DNA from: Mantamonas sphyraenae STR306
Lineage: Eukaryota > Protista > CRuMs
Length of the DNA: 64,000 nucleotides
Reading direction: 5' to 3'
Assembly (NCBI GenBank): GCA_026936335.1
Contig: JAPMXV010000009.1
Span: forward strand, 124,001 to 188,000
The notes beneath the pieces were generated by a model that ran no database searches, was not told where the DNA came from, and saw only the letters and a list, made by a program, of their open reading frames with translations. How positions within the stretch are numbered: the stretch's first letter is position 1; the number at the start of each line of letters is the position of its first letter. A program made the position numbers and the translations under genes. This document shows, piece after piece, positions 34,480-45,400 of the stretch.

Positions 34480-35931
34480 TCAGAACAGACACGTGTCCCT
34501 CGCCCTGGCCAACGGCACACAATCTCGAATGTTTCCATACCCTGTCAACAACTGCACCAGCCGTTCAAACCCCAATCCAAGCCCTGCGTGCGGCACAGAC
34601 CCATACCGCCGCAGATCCAGATACCATTGCATCTCTGCAGCCAACTTGGGGCCCATACGAGCCTCCAACCACTCCAAACGTTCCTCCCTGGCACTCCCTC
34701 CGGCCAACTCGCCAATGGACGGCACCAACAGATCCATCGACGCCACCGTTGCATCCTTTGGCTCCTGCCCAGGCACCCACCCGTCCCCATCCACATTCAT
34801 GCGCATGTAAAAGGGCTTGATGGCACTTGGATAATCATACACAATCACAGGCACGCCGTCTGTGTGCACCTCGCAAAGGTACCTCTCGTGTTCGCTTTGC
34901 AAATCCATACCCCAGGACACAGGCACTTCAAACACAGGCACATTGGGTCCCTGCAACACTTCAATTGCCTCTGTGTAACTCATGCGAGCAAACTCCACAC
35001 TTGCCAGCCGTTGGAGACGTTGCCCCAACCCCTCGTGGCCCTGCTGTTCAAACAGAGCCACATCCGACGCATTGTGTTCGCTTACATGGGCCACCACGTC
35101 ACGTACCATGCCCTCTGTCAGGTCCATGACGTCGTCCAGGTCTGCAAACGCCATTTCGGGCTCAAGCATGCTAAACTCTGCCAGATGCCTGCTTGTGTTG
35201 CTGTTCTCCGCACGAAACGTGGGTCCAAACGTGTACACACTGCTCATCCCACACGCATACATCTCTGCCTGCAACTGGCCCGACACCGTCAGGTACGTCG
35301 CGGCGTTGCCAAAGAAATCCTGACTCGGACCCACAGCCTCGCGTACCCGCCCTTCCCTCTCCCTCTCCATCCACTCTGCCTCAATACGAAACATCTCACC
35401 GGCACCCTCGCAATCACTGCTCGTCACCACCGGCGTGTGAACCTGTACAAAGCCACCCTGGTGCAGGTACGCGTGCAAACGCTGCGCTGCCGACGAGCGC
35501 ACCCTGATCATGGCTGCGTGCGCCAAACTACGCGGACGCAAATGACCAATGGAGCGCAGAAACTCGTTGGTGTGCTTCTTGGCCTGCAACGGATATGATT
35601 CCACGTCGCATGCACCCACCACCTGCATCTCTTGCTCCGGATGAACCTCCCACGCTTGCTTTCCGCCCTGGCTTGCCACCAGCTTGCCCTCCAGACTCAC
35701 ACAGGCGCCCAACGTGGCCTCTTGAGGCAGCAGCGCCAACCCGTCCTTGCCAAAGAACACCACCTGCACCGACTCGGCCGTGCTGCCGTCGTTTACCTGC
35801 ACAAACGCAATCTTTTTCTGCCGCCGCACACTACGGATCCATCCCTTTACTTGCACCGTTTCGTCCGCCCCTCCCTTTGCCAACACCTCTCGGATACTGC
35901 GGTACTGCGTGCGGCTCCCTCGTCGAAACAT
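34480..35931 (-). CDS. NARS2: Asparaginyl-tRNA synthetase, bacterial/mitochondrial type
   Basis: GWIRSVR..VNDGS OB fold, HLRPR, SDCEGAGEMF, YLTVSGQL, GPTFRAENSNTSRHLAEF, GGSAREER, PHAGLGLGFERL. Confidence 0.93.
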   Translation of the reverse strand: MFRRGSRTQYRSIREVLAKGGADETVQVKGWIRSVRRQKKIAFVQVNDGSTAESVQVVFFGKDGLALLPQEATLGACVSLEGKLVASQGGKQAWEVHPEQEMQVVGACDVESYPLQAKKHTNEFLRSIGHLRPRSLAHAAMIRVRSSAAQRLHAYLHQGGFVQVHTPVVTSSDCEGAGEMFRIEAEWMEREREGRVREAVGPSQDFFGNAATYLTVSGQLQAEMYACGMSSVYTFGPTFRAENSNTSRHLAEFSMLEPEMAFADLDDVMDLTEGMVRDVVAHVSEHNASDVALFEQQGHEGLGQRLQRLASVEFARMSYTEAIEVLQGPNVPVFEVPVSWGMDLQSEHERYLCEVHTDGVPVIVYDYPSAIKPFYMRMNVDGDGWVPGQEPKDATVASMDLLVPSIGELAGGSAREERLEWLEARMGPKLAAEMQWYLDLRRYGSVPHAGLGLGFERLVQLLTGYGNIRDCVPLARARDTCLF

Positions 35932-35985
35932 GTTGCTGCTGCTCTTGTCGTGTTTTGCACTGTGTGCGTTGGAGCAGCTGGAGCA

Positions 35986-37121
35986 TCATCCACTCTTTTC
36001 CTGCAGACGCTTGTCCACCACATCCTGTGCAATGTCATCCAAATCCACAGCCTGGATCTCTGCGGTGTACGGCTCGAAAAACTCCACGATGGAGCCACGC
36101 AGGGTGGTCACACGGCCCTTGCGCATGGCACGCACGTTTTCACCCACCCAGGACACAAAGAGGAATTTCACGGTGTTGGACATCCCATCCACCAGGTGGT
36201 TCTGTCGCAGAAAGGCGTACTGGATCTCGTTGGGGTCAAACGCGCTTTGCAGCTCCTCCAGCCCTCCAGACCCACTTGCCTCAAACCGCACACTCTTGTT
36301 GTCGTTGTTCACCGTGTACAGGGCCCAGTTGGTGTCGCTGCTGTCGCTTCGCACATCTGCCAAGGCCTCCGGGTTCTCAAACATCGTGTCCTGGTTCTCC
36401 GTGGGCACCAGCCCCACAGGCTTGCTGTTGCTGCTGCTGTTGCTGCTGCTGCTGTTCCCTCCACTGCTTCCACTTCCACTGCTGCTCACTTCTGCCTTGC
36501 CTTCCGGCCAGCGGTTGATCTCGCGCACCTTGGATCCCGACGAGTCCTGCACTTTGCCAAAGATCACCTCCCGGTCGATGTCTGCCACGTCGCTGTAGAA
36601 CACCTCCACGCTGTACGTGCCAATAAACGCAGTCACTGCCGCCTTGTTCGTTGCCGTCGACGCCTTGCGCATGGCACCCACGTCGTCGCCAAAAAAGGTC
36701 AGGTCTGCGACAACGGAAAAACGAGCGTCAGAGGGAAATCCCACACTTTTCCCCGGGTGCCCCCCTACTTTCCCCAAACCCCTCCTCTCGTCAACTCACA
36801 TGCATACCGCGTGGTCTTGATGTCGTCGACAATGTCCAGGAAGCGAATCAACCCGTAGGCAATGTCGCTGTTGGTCAGCTTTGTCTTCAACTCGTCCACG
36901 CCTCCGTCCCCACTGCCCATCAAGACCAGATCGCTGGTGCTGCTCTGGTCTGCATACCCAAACAACACCCAATCCGCAGCATCGTCGTCGCTACGCACTG
37001 CCTCCAACGCCGCCGTCGCCTTGACCCCATCCACCAGAAAGATGTCACCGCCCTGCGACGGGATCTTGATCACCGAGTCGCCCGTGCGGTCGGCCATGGA
37101 GAATCGCAACTTTTCGCTCAT
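35986..37121 (-). CDS. Protein with two coactosin-type ADF-H domains; exons 37121-36800, 36704-35986
   Basis: Two copies of VRSD..W.L..Y..GSG.GG..EL...Y..R..(KF/RY)...G..V.AMRK. Phase-1 GTGAGT..GCAG intron. Confidence 0.85.
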
Positions 37122-37133
37122 TGGTCCTTCTTG

Positions 37134-37166
<33 letters not shown>
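37134..37166. repeat. (GTT)n microsatellite between divergent genes
   Basis: About 10 tandem GTT units directly upstream of the coactosin ATG. Confidence 0.85.
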
Positions 37167-37229
37167 GGCAAATTGGAAAAGAATGGGTGCGCCAGCGTCC
37201 CCCACCAATTCCCCCCATCCCACTCTCAC

Positions 37230-38684
37230 ATGCCTGCCCGCCTGCGTAAACGAGGCTCACGGGTCGACGACGACGCATCATCCAAGGTCTCCACCAAGGA
37301 CGACGATTCGTCCTCGGTGGCATCCTCACACGCGTCGCGACCTGTGTCGCAGCCGGAAGAAGTGTTGCCCTCCACCACCGCGGGTTCCGTGCCGCAGACC
37401 ACCAACACGCCGTACACATTGAACCTGTTTGAGGCTCGCCCGTCCTTCTTTGATGCCCAGGGCGACAGTGCGTTGCAGCGTTCCGAGTTCTACGGCTTCT
37501 ACAACCTGCTGCTGCTGGTCGGAGGGATGTTCCTGCTTGGCGCAGGCGTGCGCAACTGGGTCAACACGGGAGTGCCCATGGACATGGATCTGCTGCACCA
37601 ACTGTTGTCCCGTGCGGATCTGGGTCTCCTCTACGGCTGCCTGTGGGTGTACTCTGCAGTGGCATGGTTGATCCAAGTCGCAGCCCACACCTGGTCGCTG
37701 CCAGACTCCCTCGTGGCCGTCTTGCAACACGTCTCCCAACTCATCATGTTTGTGTTGGGCCTCTCCTACACCTACTTCACAGAGATGCCCTTTGTGCAGT
37801 CGGGCTTCTTTGTCCTCAACGTCATGGTCGTGTTCATGAAGATGCACTCCTACGCCGACCGCAACAGGGATCTGCGCAAGGAATACTTGCTGGCCCAGGA
37901 GACCGGTGCCACCATGGTGAGCACTGCCACACGTTTCCAGTACGAAAACACCCAGGGCATCAACTACCCGGACAACCTGACTCTGGGCAACTACGCCTAC
38001 TTCCTCCTTGTGCCCTCCTTTGTCTATGAGATCGAGTACCCACGTACCACCCGTGTGCGTCCCACCTATCTCCTGGAAAAGGCCCTTTCTGCCCTGGGCA
38101 CCTTTACGGTCATCTACTTTGTGGGTTCGCAATTCCTGCGCCCCGAAATCGACCGCATCCCGCTGCGTGCTCCCCTCGAGAGCATTGCTGTCCTCCTCCT
38201 GCCCTTTTGCATCTTCTACTTCCTCGTCTTCTTCCTCGTCTTTGAGTGCGTGGCAAACTTCTTTGCTGAGCTCACCCGCTTTGCCGATCGCCGCTTCTAC
38301 GGTCCCTGGTGGAACTGCACCTCCTTTGACGAGTTTGCCAAGGAGTGGAACAAGCCCGTCCACGAGTTCCTCCTCCGTCACGTCTACCTCGAGACCCGCT
38401 ACAAGCTGCAGGCCTCCAAGGGCCAGGCTGTCTTTGTCACCTTTTTCTTCTCCTCCCTCCTCCATGAACTCGTCATGGCTGTCTGTTTCCGCATGGTGCG
38501 TCCCTACCTCTTTGCACTGCAGATGTTCCAACTGCCCCTCTATGTCCTCAGCGGAAAGCTGCGTGGCACACGCCAGGGCAACTTTTTCTTTTGGACAAGC
38601 CTCATGCTTGGCTTCCCACTCCTCGCCACTCTGTACACAATGGATTGGAAGGGTGTGCCCATTTGGCGCACATGGGGATGGTGA
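37230..38684 (+). CDS. MBOAT sterol O-acyltransferase (SOAT/ARE; DGAT1 not excluded)
   Basis: GFYNL, MKMHSY, YEIEYPRT, AELTRFADRRFYGPWWN, WNKPVHEFLLRHVY, SLLHE catalytic His. Confidence 0.9.
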   Translation: MPARLRKRGSRVDDDASSKVSTKDDDSSSVASSHASRPVSQPEEVLPSTTAGSVPQTTNTPYTLNLFEARPSFFDAQGDSALQRSEFYGFYNLLLLVGGMFLLGAGVRNWVNTGVPMDMDLLHQLLSRADLGLLYGCLWVYSAVAWLIQVAAHTWSLPDSLVAVLQHVSQLIMFVLGLSYTYFTEMPFVQSGFFVLNVMVVFMKMHSYADRNRDLRKEYLLAQETGATMVSTATRFQYENTQGINYPDNLTLGNYAYFLLVPSFVYEIEYPRTTRVRPTYLLEKALSALGTFTVIYFVGSQFLRPEIDRIPLRAPLESIAVLLLPFCIFYFLVFFLVFECVANFFAELTRFADRRFYGPWWNCTSFDEFAKEWNKPVHEFLLRHVYLETRYKLQASKGQAVFVTFFFSSLLHELVMAVCFRMVRPYLFALQMFQLPLYVLSGKLRGTRQGNFFFWTSLMLGFPLLATLYTMDWKGVPIWRTWGW

Positions 38685-38723
38685 GACCACACAGACACAC
38701 ACACACACTCAACACCAATTTCT

Positions 38724-40708
38724 TCATTGCCTCCAATTCCCTCGCTCTTGCTGCTGTGGATGCGCATGCTGCTGCTGATGATGCCGATTGTAGTTCCGTT
38801 GCCTCGCATGGTGTTGGCGTGGGTGCTGATTGGGCGTGTGGTTGTGGTTGTGGTTGTGGTTGTGGTTGTGGTTGTTCCGACGCTCATACGGCTGTTGCTG
38901 CTGTTGCTGCTGGTGCCCGTTGTTCCGCCTCCTGTAATCCCTGTGACCCCTGTGTTCCCTCTGCTGATACGATCCCTGCCTGCCTCCTGACCTGTACCCG
39001 TGTTGGTACCCCCGTGGTTGTTCCTTGCCACTCCATCCTCCTCCTCCTCCTCCTCCGCCTCCATCTTGACTGCTCCTCCTCCTCCCTCTCCTCGCATGCA
39101 GCTTCCCCCCCCTGCTGCCCACCCATTGTATCACCCTGTTGTTGCTCCCCGTCCATCGTCCCCATGCTCATGGTCGCCGTCCCTACCTCTGCCGTCGTGG
39201 TTGTCCCACTCAATGTCGACAGGGCGTCAATCACATCCTGATCCCTCCTCCGCGGTGTCTCTTGTACCCCGACATTCATCTCCATCATCCCCTGCACCTG
39301 CAACCCTTGTGGTTGCTGCTGCACAAACGGTGTTTGGCCACCCTGACTCCCTTGACTCCCTTCTTGACTCCCCACACTCCCCTGTCCTCCTGGTCCATAC
39401 AACCCTGGATAACCCTGGTGCACCCCCACCTCCCCCATTTCCATTCCCACTCCCATGCCCATGCCCATTCCCATGCCCATGCCCATGCCCATGCCCATGC
39501 CTCCTCCTGCCCCACTCCCCGTGCCCCTTTCCTGCTCTGTATGTACAGCCATTGTTGTTGTGGATGGAAACAACAACGATGTCTCCATCCTCTCGTCCTG
39601 TCCTCCTCCCATGTTTGTCGTCGTTGTCCTGTCCTCCGCGTCCTGCCTCTGCCACCTCTGTGGTGCCTCCACCTGATCCCACTCCTGGCCAAACATGTTG
39701 GACCCCATCATACTATCCACATCGTCCCCCTGCTCCAATCTCTCCCACACATGATTGAACTGTGCCTCAGGTGTCGCCTGTCCCTCTGACGCACACAGTG
39801 CAGACTCCAATCGCTCCCGTTTCTGCTCCTTGCGAATCAACTCCAGCGCCGCTTCATCGCTCCGCGACTTTCGCTTCCCGTTTGTCCCATCCGACGCCGA
39901 CGATCGCTGTGCACTGTGTTTGTGTGTGTGTGTGTGTGTGCGGTGTCCCATCCCAGTGTCCGCATACCATCCGTGTCAGTCTGTGCATGCCCACCTTCCG
40001 ACTGAGGAACCGTGCCCAAGCCTCTCCCAAAATTGCGCAACCCACGCACCGCTTCCGTTTGCCAGCCTTGGCCAGCTTTTCCAGGTCCAGACCCGCACAC
40101 CTGTCCTGTAAGATCTCCAGGGCACGTGCCACCGTATGTTCGGACATTCTCCTGCTGTCCTGCCATTGTTGCAACACCTTGGCATACGCCGTGGCGTTCT
40201 CCTCCGTCGTCTTGACTCCCGCACCCGCACCCGTCGTCACAATCGTCGCCACCTCACACGCTTGACTCTCCACACTCTGCAACACCTTGCTCGCTTCTCT
40301 CGACACTGCACTCTGTGTCGCCCTGTCCAACAGGTACAGCACTGCCACCGTGTTTCCGTGGCTCTTCTGCAATCCCCCCCCGCGTCCATGCCCGACGACG
40401 TGAGCGCCATTTCACTCGTTCTCACCCTTCCTGGCTGGGTATCCATCCCCAACCCCCCCTCTTCCCCTCCCCCTTCCCCACCCACCCCTCGCAACATAGC
40501 TCATCCAACCCCCCCATCCCTTGCTTTCCCTTTCATTCCCTTCCTCGCTGTCACCTACATCTTTCAAATGCTCGATCATCATGGCCAACAAGGCGTCAAA
40601 CTTGTCCAGCCTGTGTTTGACAAACTGATTGGCTGCATCAATGGACTCCTTGCTACTCCGTAGCTGTGCAAGGATGTCTACAAACTCCTCCAATTCCCCA
40701 GCCTCCAT
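38724..40708 (-). CDS. CTK3-like protein (CID-like N-terminus + CTK3_C-like helix) with long low-complexity tail; exons 40708-40559, 40366-40050, 39913-(38884, or 38724 with a frameshift)
   Basis: FVDILAQLRSSKESIDAANQF..VAVLYLLD..KVLQQW is a CID pattern. ELIRKEQKRERLES..EAQFNHVWE resembles the Ctk3 C-terminal motif as recalled. The 3' end is ambiguous. Confidence 0.55.
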
Positions 40709-40766
40709 GTGTGCAGCCTCGTCTCGACGTGTTGCTTGAGCCACCGCGCGGGGCAAAACCCAAGAA

Positions 40767-42368
40767 ATGTCCAGCACCAACCCACTGCGTGCTGCACTCT
40801 CCTCACGTATCCAGGCACGTGGACAGCACACTCCACACAAGTCCTTTACATTCGATGCCTCCCTGAGCCAGGAGTTGTGTGACGAGCTGGGACTGCAGTG
40901 TAGCAGCAGCAGCAGGAGCAGCAGCAGCAGCAGCAGTGGGAGGGAGGTCAAGCCCAGCGACTGGTCCTCAGGCACCTTTCTCCACACCCTCACCAACAAA
41001 CAGTTGTGTGGCGTCATGGCATTCATTGCACGCAAACAGGTGCGTGATCACAGACGCACGGGCACCAAGAAGGAACTCGTGGCACGCATCCTCCTTCTCA
41101 CAGGCTCCCCCTCCTCCTCGTCCTCCTCCTCGTCCTCCTCCTCGTCCTCCTCCTCGTCTTTGTCCAGCAACAACAACAACAACAGTGCCAGTCCACCCTC
41201 ACATGGACTCAGTCATCCGAGGGACAGTCTTAGGGCACGCTTGGCACACAGACTCCATACCAACAGGGATGGGAACCGGCTGGAGCTGGACAAAAAGGCA
41301 CAACGGGGCGCCACCAGTGAAGCCCTGGGCATTGTCATGTCTCCCTTTGTCACCATCCATCGCAGAGAGGCCCACATTGATGCCACACCGTATGACAGAG
41401 ACAAGCAGATGCGCAAGAGGGAACTCAAGGCAGTGGTCCACTCCGCTGCCTTTGTCTCCACCCAAGATCCCTTCTACTGTGTCCAACAGCACCTGAAAAC
41501 CATCCCATTGCTTCCCGCACGCATCCACGACGGCGTCACTCGTGCTTCTTGTTCCCTCATTGTCGACCAGCACCTTGTGGACACCATCCAGGCCGACGGG
41601 CGTCATCGCGTCCACCTGCGTCTGTACAATCGCCATGAGTCACGCGATGACGTGTGGCTGCCCCAACACTCCCTCGAAATCAACCACAAGCGTGTTGACA
41701 TGAAGGGGCGTCGCGTACGCTTGTTTGGTGGCCCTTCCTCATGGCTACCCAGACCCCTCGATGTCACAGACTTGCTCATGCTGGGAAGCAACAGCGTGCA
41801 TCTAGACAATCATGCCGACATCACCGGGGTTGTGGACGTGCAACTTGTCCATGTGCAACACACACAACATGTCGTCGAAGCTCTCTGGGCACACGCACCC
41901 TCGGCGTCCACACACACGCCAGATGTTGGCGACGTACAGCTCTCCTCACTCTCTCTCGAATGCCCCCTGTCCATGGAACGCATCGCCCTCCCTGTACGTG
42001 GCGCACACTGCCAGCACACTCAGTGCGTCGATCTCGCCGCCTTTGTCACACACGCCCACCACGCCCAGCAGTGGTCCTGTCCCATCTGCACTCTCCCACT
42101 CCTTCCTTCACTCCTGCGCAAAGACCTCTCCCTCGTCGCCGTCCTCGACGCCGCCCCATCCGACGCCATTCGCGTCCAGGTCGACCCCAAGGGAGACTTT
42201 GTCCAGGTGATCGAGTCCGACGACAACGACCTAGACGACGACGACGACGACGACGACGATGACCAGGGACTGCACATACAGCACACCGACGAGGCCACAT
42301 TCCTCCAGGGCCCTGGACGCACCACAGGATGGCAAGTCCCACAGCTTGATACAATCGTCGTCGAATAG
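40767..42368 (+). CDS. SIZ/PIAS-like SUMO E3 ligase (SAP-like, PINIT-like, SP-RING, acidic SIM)
   Basis: TGTKKELVARIL (SAP-like), RPLDVT, LECPLSMERIALPVRGAHCQHTQCVD..WSCPIC, VQVIESDDND. Confidence 0.8.
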   Translation: MSSTNPLRAALSSRIQARGQHTPHKSFTFDASLSQELCDELGLQCSSSSRSSSSSSSGREVKPSDWSSGTFLHTLTNKQLCGVMAFIARKQVRDHRRTGTKKELVARILLLTGSPSSSSSSSSSSSSSSSSLSSNNNNNSASPPSHGLSHPRDSLRARLAHRLHTNRDGNRLELDKKAQRGATSEALGIVMSPFVTIHRREAHIDATPYDRDKQMRKRELKAVVHSAAFVSTQDPFYCVQQHLKTIPLLPARIHDGVTRASCSLIVDQHLVDTIQADGRHRVHLRLYNRHESRDDVWLPQHSLEINHKRVDMKGRRVRLFGGPSSWLPRPLDVTDLLMLGSNSVHLDNHADITGVVDVQLVHVQHTQHVVEALWAHAPSASTHTPDVGDVQLSSLSLECPLSMERIALPVRGAHCQHTQCVDLAAFVTHAHHAQQWSCPICTLPLLPSLLRKDLSLVAVLDAAPSDAIRVQVDPKGDFVQVIESDDNDLDDDDDDDDDDQGLHIQHTDEATFLQGPGRTTGWQVPQLDTIVVE

Positions 42369-42444
42369 AACGCTCAATTTTTGATTCACGTGAAAATCAC
42401 ACCACACACACCACCGATTACATTTACATGTCAATCAAAATTCA

Positions 42445-45400
42445 TCAACTGAAAATCGGCGTCTTGCGTCGATTCTGCTCCACAATCTCATTCAGCTTTG
42501 TCAAGTCGCCGTACGCACGCATGTGCAGCGCGTTCTTCACCGCCACAAACCACCCGTCGAGGATATCCTCCTGCGCGCTCTCAGACACAACCGCGCCGCT
42601 TTCGTCCACCTGCTGCGCTCGCAAATGCACAACCTGCCCTTCGTTGTCTTCAATCTGCAGCACAGGACACGACGGCGATGCCCCCACCATGCAGCACGTG
42701 CCTACCTCGTCCAGGATAACCCGTCGGATGTCTGCCAGGTCGTCCAGGGCCATCAGTGTCCGCTGATGGCTTCCTTTCCGGTCCTCCGCCACCATCAAGC
42801 TCTCGATCGTCAGCATCAACACCGTCGATGACCAGCCCCAAAAGCCACGCATCATAAGAACCCCCACACGTCCGATCTTTGTTCCCCGCCGATTCTGACA
42901 CAGCGGACACCTGTAGATCCGCGGGTTCGGCAATGTGATGATGTCACGTTCGTCAGCCGTGTCCCGTTCACGCTCCTCTTCCTCGTCATCCTGGTCATCC
43001 TCGCCACCATCCTCGCCGTCGTCATACACGCCATCGTCCTTGTCCTTGCCATTCATCTCCATCTCGTCCTCAGCCGTCGACGTGTTGCTTACAACCGCAA
43101 ACGTGTGGTATGCACCACATGCAACCGTGAGCACGTTGCGCAGCTCCAACTGCACAGGTTCCAGACTCTCCTTGACGCTGGGGATGCCCAAGGCCCCGCG
43201 TGCGTTCAGCCCCCACACGTACAGCCTTCCCGTGTTGGACAAGGCCGCACTGTGATGGTACCCAGCAGCCACTTCGACAATATGCACCCCTTGCAGTGCA
43301 CGCACGTACGACGGCACAGACACATCAGCAGCCTTGCCCAAGCCCGTAGCACCCCACTTGCCACTCCCACACGAAAATACCTCGCCAATCTCCGTCAGCA
43401 TCAGCACATGTGAATGGCCACATGCAACTTGCACCACCTTGCGTCCGACCATCTCTGTCAACAGCTGCGGCTTGGGACAATCCATGCGGTGGCCCACGCC
43501 GAGCTTGCCAAACCGGTTTGATCCCCACGCATAGATGCTATCCGGCGAACACACTGCATATGCATGGGATGATCCGGCTCCAATACAGATGACCTGTTGC
43601 GTCAGGCTCTTCACCTGTCGAGGCACCAGCAGGTCCTCCTCTCGCTCTGCACCATCGCCATGACCCATCACATGCGTTGGCACGCCGTACCTGTCCTTGC
43701 GTGCCCCAAACGTGTACAGATTGCCACGGATGTCACACAGCATGGTAAAGTTTTCGCCACACACTGCCTGTGTGATCACCTTGTGGATTTCCACACGCCG
43801 AGGCAGCGTCTGGTCGTTGGGCACACCCATGCCCAGCTCGCCATGCAGACCCGACCCCCATGCATACACCTCCCCCTTGTCCGTAATCGCATAGCTGTGC
43901 GTATACCCGGTGGCCACCTGTACGACTCGAGTCCCTGCAAAGCAGCGTACCTTTGTCAATGACGTCACATCCGACGACGATCCCACCCCACACTGACCAA
44001 AGTTGTTGCTTCCGATGGCATACACACCACCACTGGCTGATAGAAACAGCGTGTGATTGCCCTTGGCGCTGATCTGCACCACATCCATCCCACTCGGCAG
44101 ATCCACAAGTTCGACGGGCGAAAACGCATTGCTCTCTGCCCCAATGGCGTTCCCCTGTCCCCATCCGTAGATACTCGTCGCATTCATCCTCTCCTCCTCT
44201 TCTTGGTCGTGCTCACCCGTTTCATCCATCGATGCACCAAAGAGCATCTCGGACTGGCTTTCCTCCACAGACAACGTATACCCGGCGGCCACTGCTGCTG
44301 CTGCTGTGCTGCTTCCCCCCACACCACTCTTGCCTCCTGTGGAATGACTGTCCCTCGAGTCGATGCTGTCCGCACGTGCCATTCGCTGACGGCTGCTGTG
44401 TTCACGCAGAGCATGTGCACTCAGCTTGCCACTCGATCGACTGATCGACAACGACGCCGTGTGCATACTTCCCGAAGACGACGACAAAGACGTGGCCGTG
44501 GTCGTCGTCTTGGGCTGCTTGGGAGGCCGTGTGGCTAGCACCACCGTGTGGTCAGAGCCGCAGACCACACGCAGAATGTGCTGTGCCGGAATGGAGATCT
44601 CACGCGGGTACCGTGCGTTGGCTTGGTCACCACATCCCATCTTGCCGTATGCGCCTGCACCCATGCCATACACGCGATTGTCTGCACACAGAAACATCGT
44701 GCAATCCAGACTGGAGCTCATCTGTTGCACATCCTGCAGCGGCAGAAACAGCGAGCAGGACCAGTCGTCGCGTTGCATTTGGTGCACTTTGCCATCGTTT
44801 GACAACACAAACATGTGGTTGGTGCCCATGGTCACCGCCACCACTTCTGCCCCGTGAGTCCATGGCAGCTGCTTCGCCTTGCTGTACATCCCTCCCTTGC
44901 GCACCCACAGTTCACCCTCTTGTGTGACCACAACCACGTCGTTGGATGCCAAAGACATGTGCATGCTACGCACCCCTTTGCCTGCCAACTCGCTCACCTC
45001 CTCCGGCACACTCTTTTCCTTGCCCTGTCCCCACGCCCACAGCCTTCCTTCCTCATCCAATGCATACGTGTGCGTCTTACCACACACGATGTCCACCATG
45101 CGCTTGTCTGCCACAGAATCCAACAGACACGGGCTCGACCGCGCTTCGCGATCACCCAGTCCCAGTTCCCCGTTCAGATTGTATCCCACACTGAACACGT
45201 GTCCCTCATTGTCCAATGCCATCAGAAACAAATCCCCTGCTGCAATCTTTTGAATGTTCTGCAGCCCCTGGATGGCCACCGGCGTGCGCTGATCGTACGT
45301 GTTGCCCTGGCCCAGCCGTCCATGTTGGCCATCTCCTGTTGCATACACATGGCCATTGCGAGTGAGCAGAAACGTGGTGTCTCGTCCACATGCAATGTCC

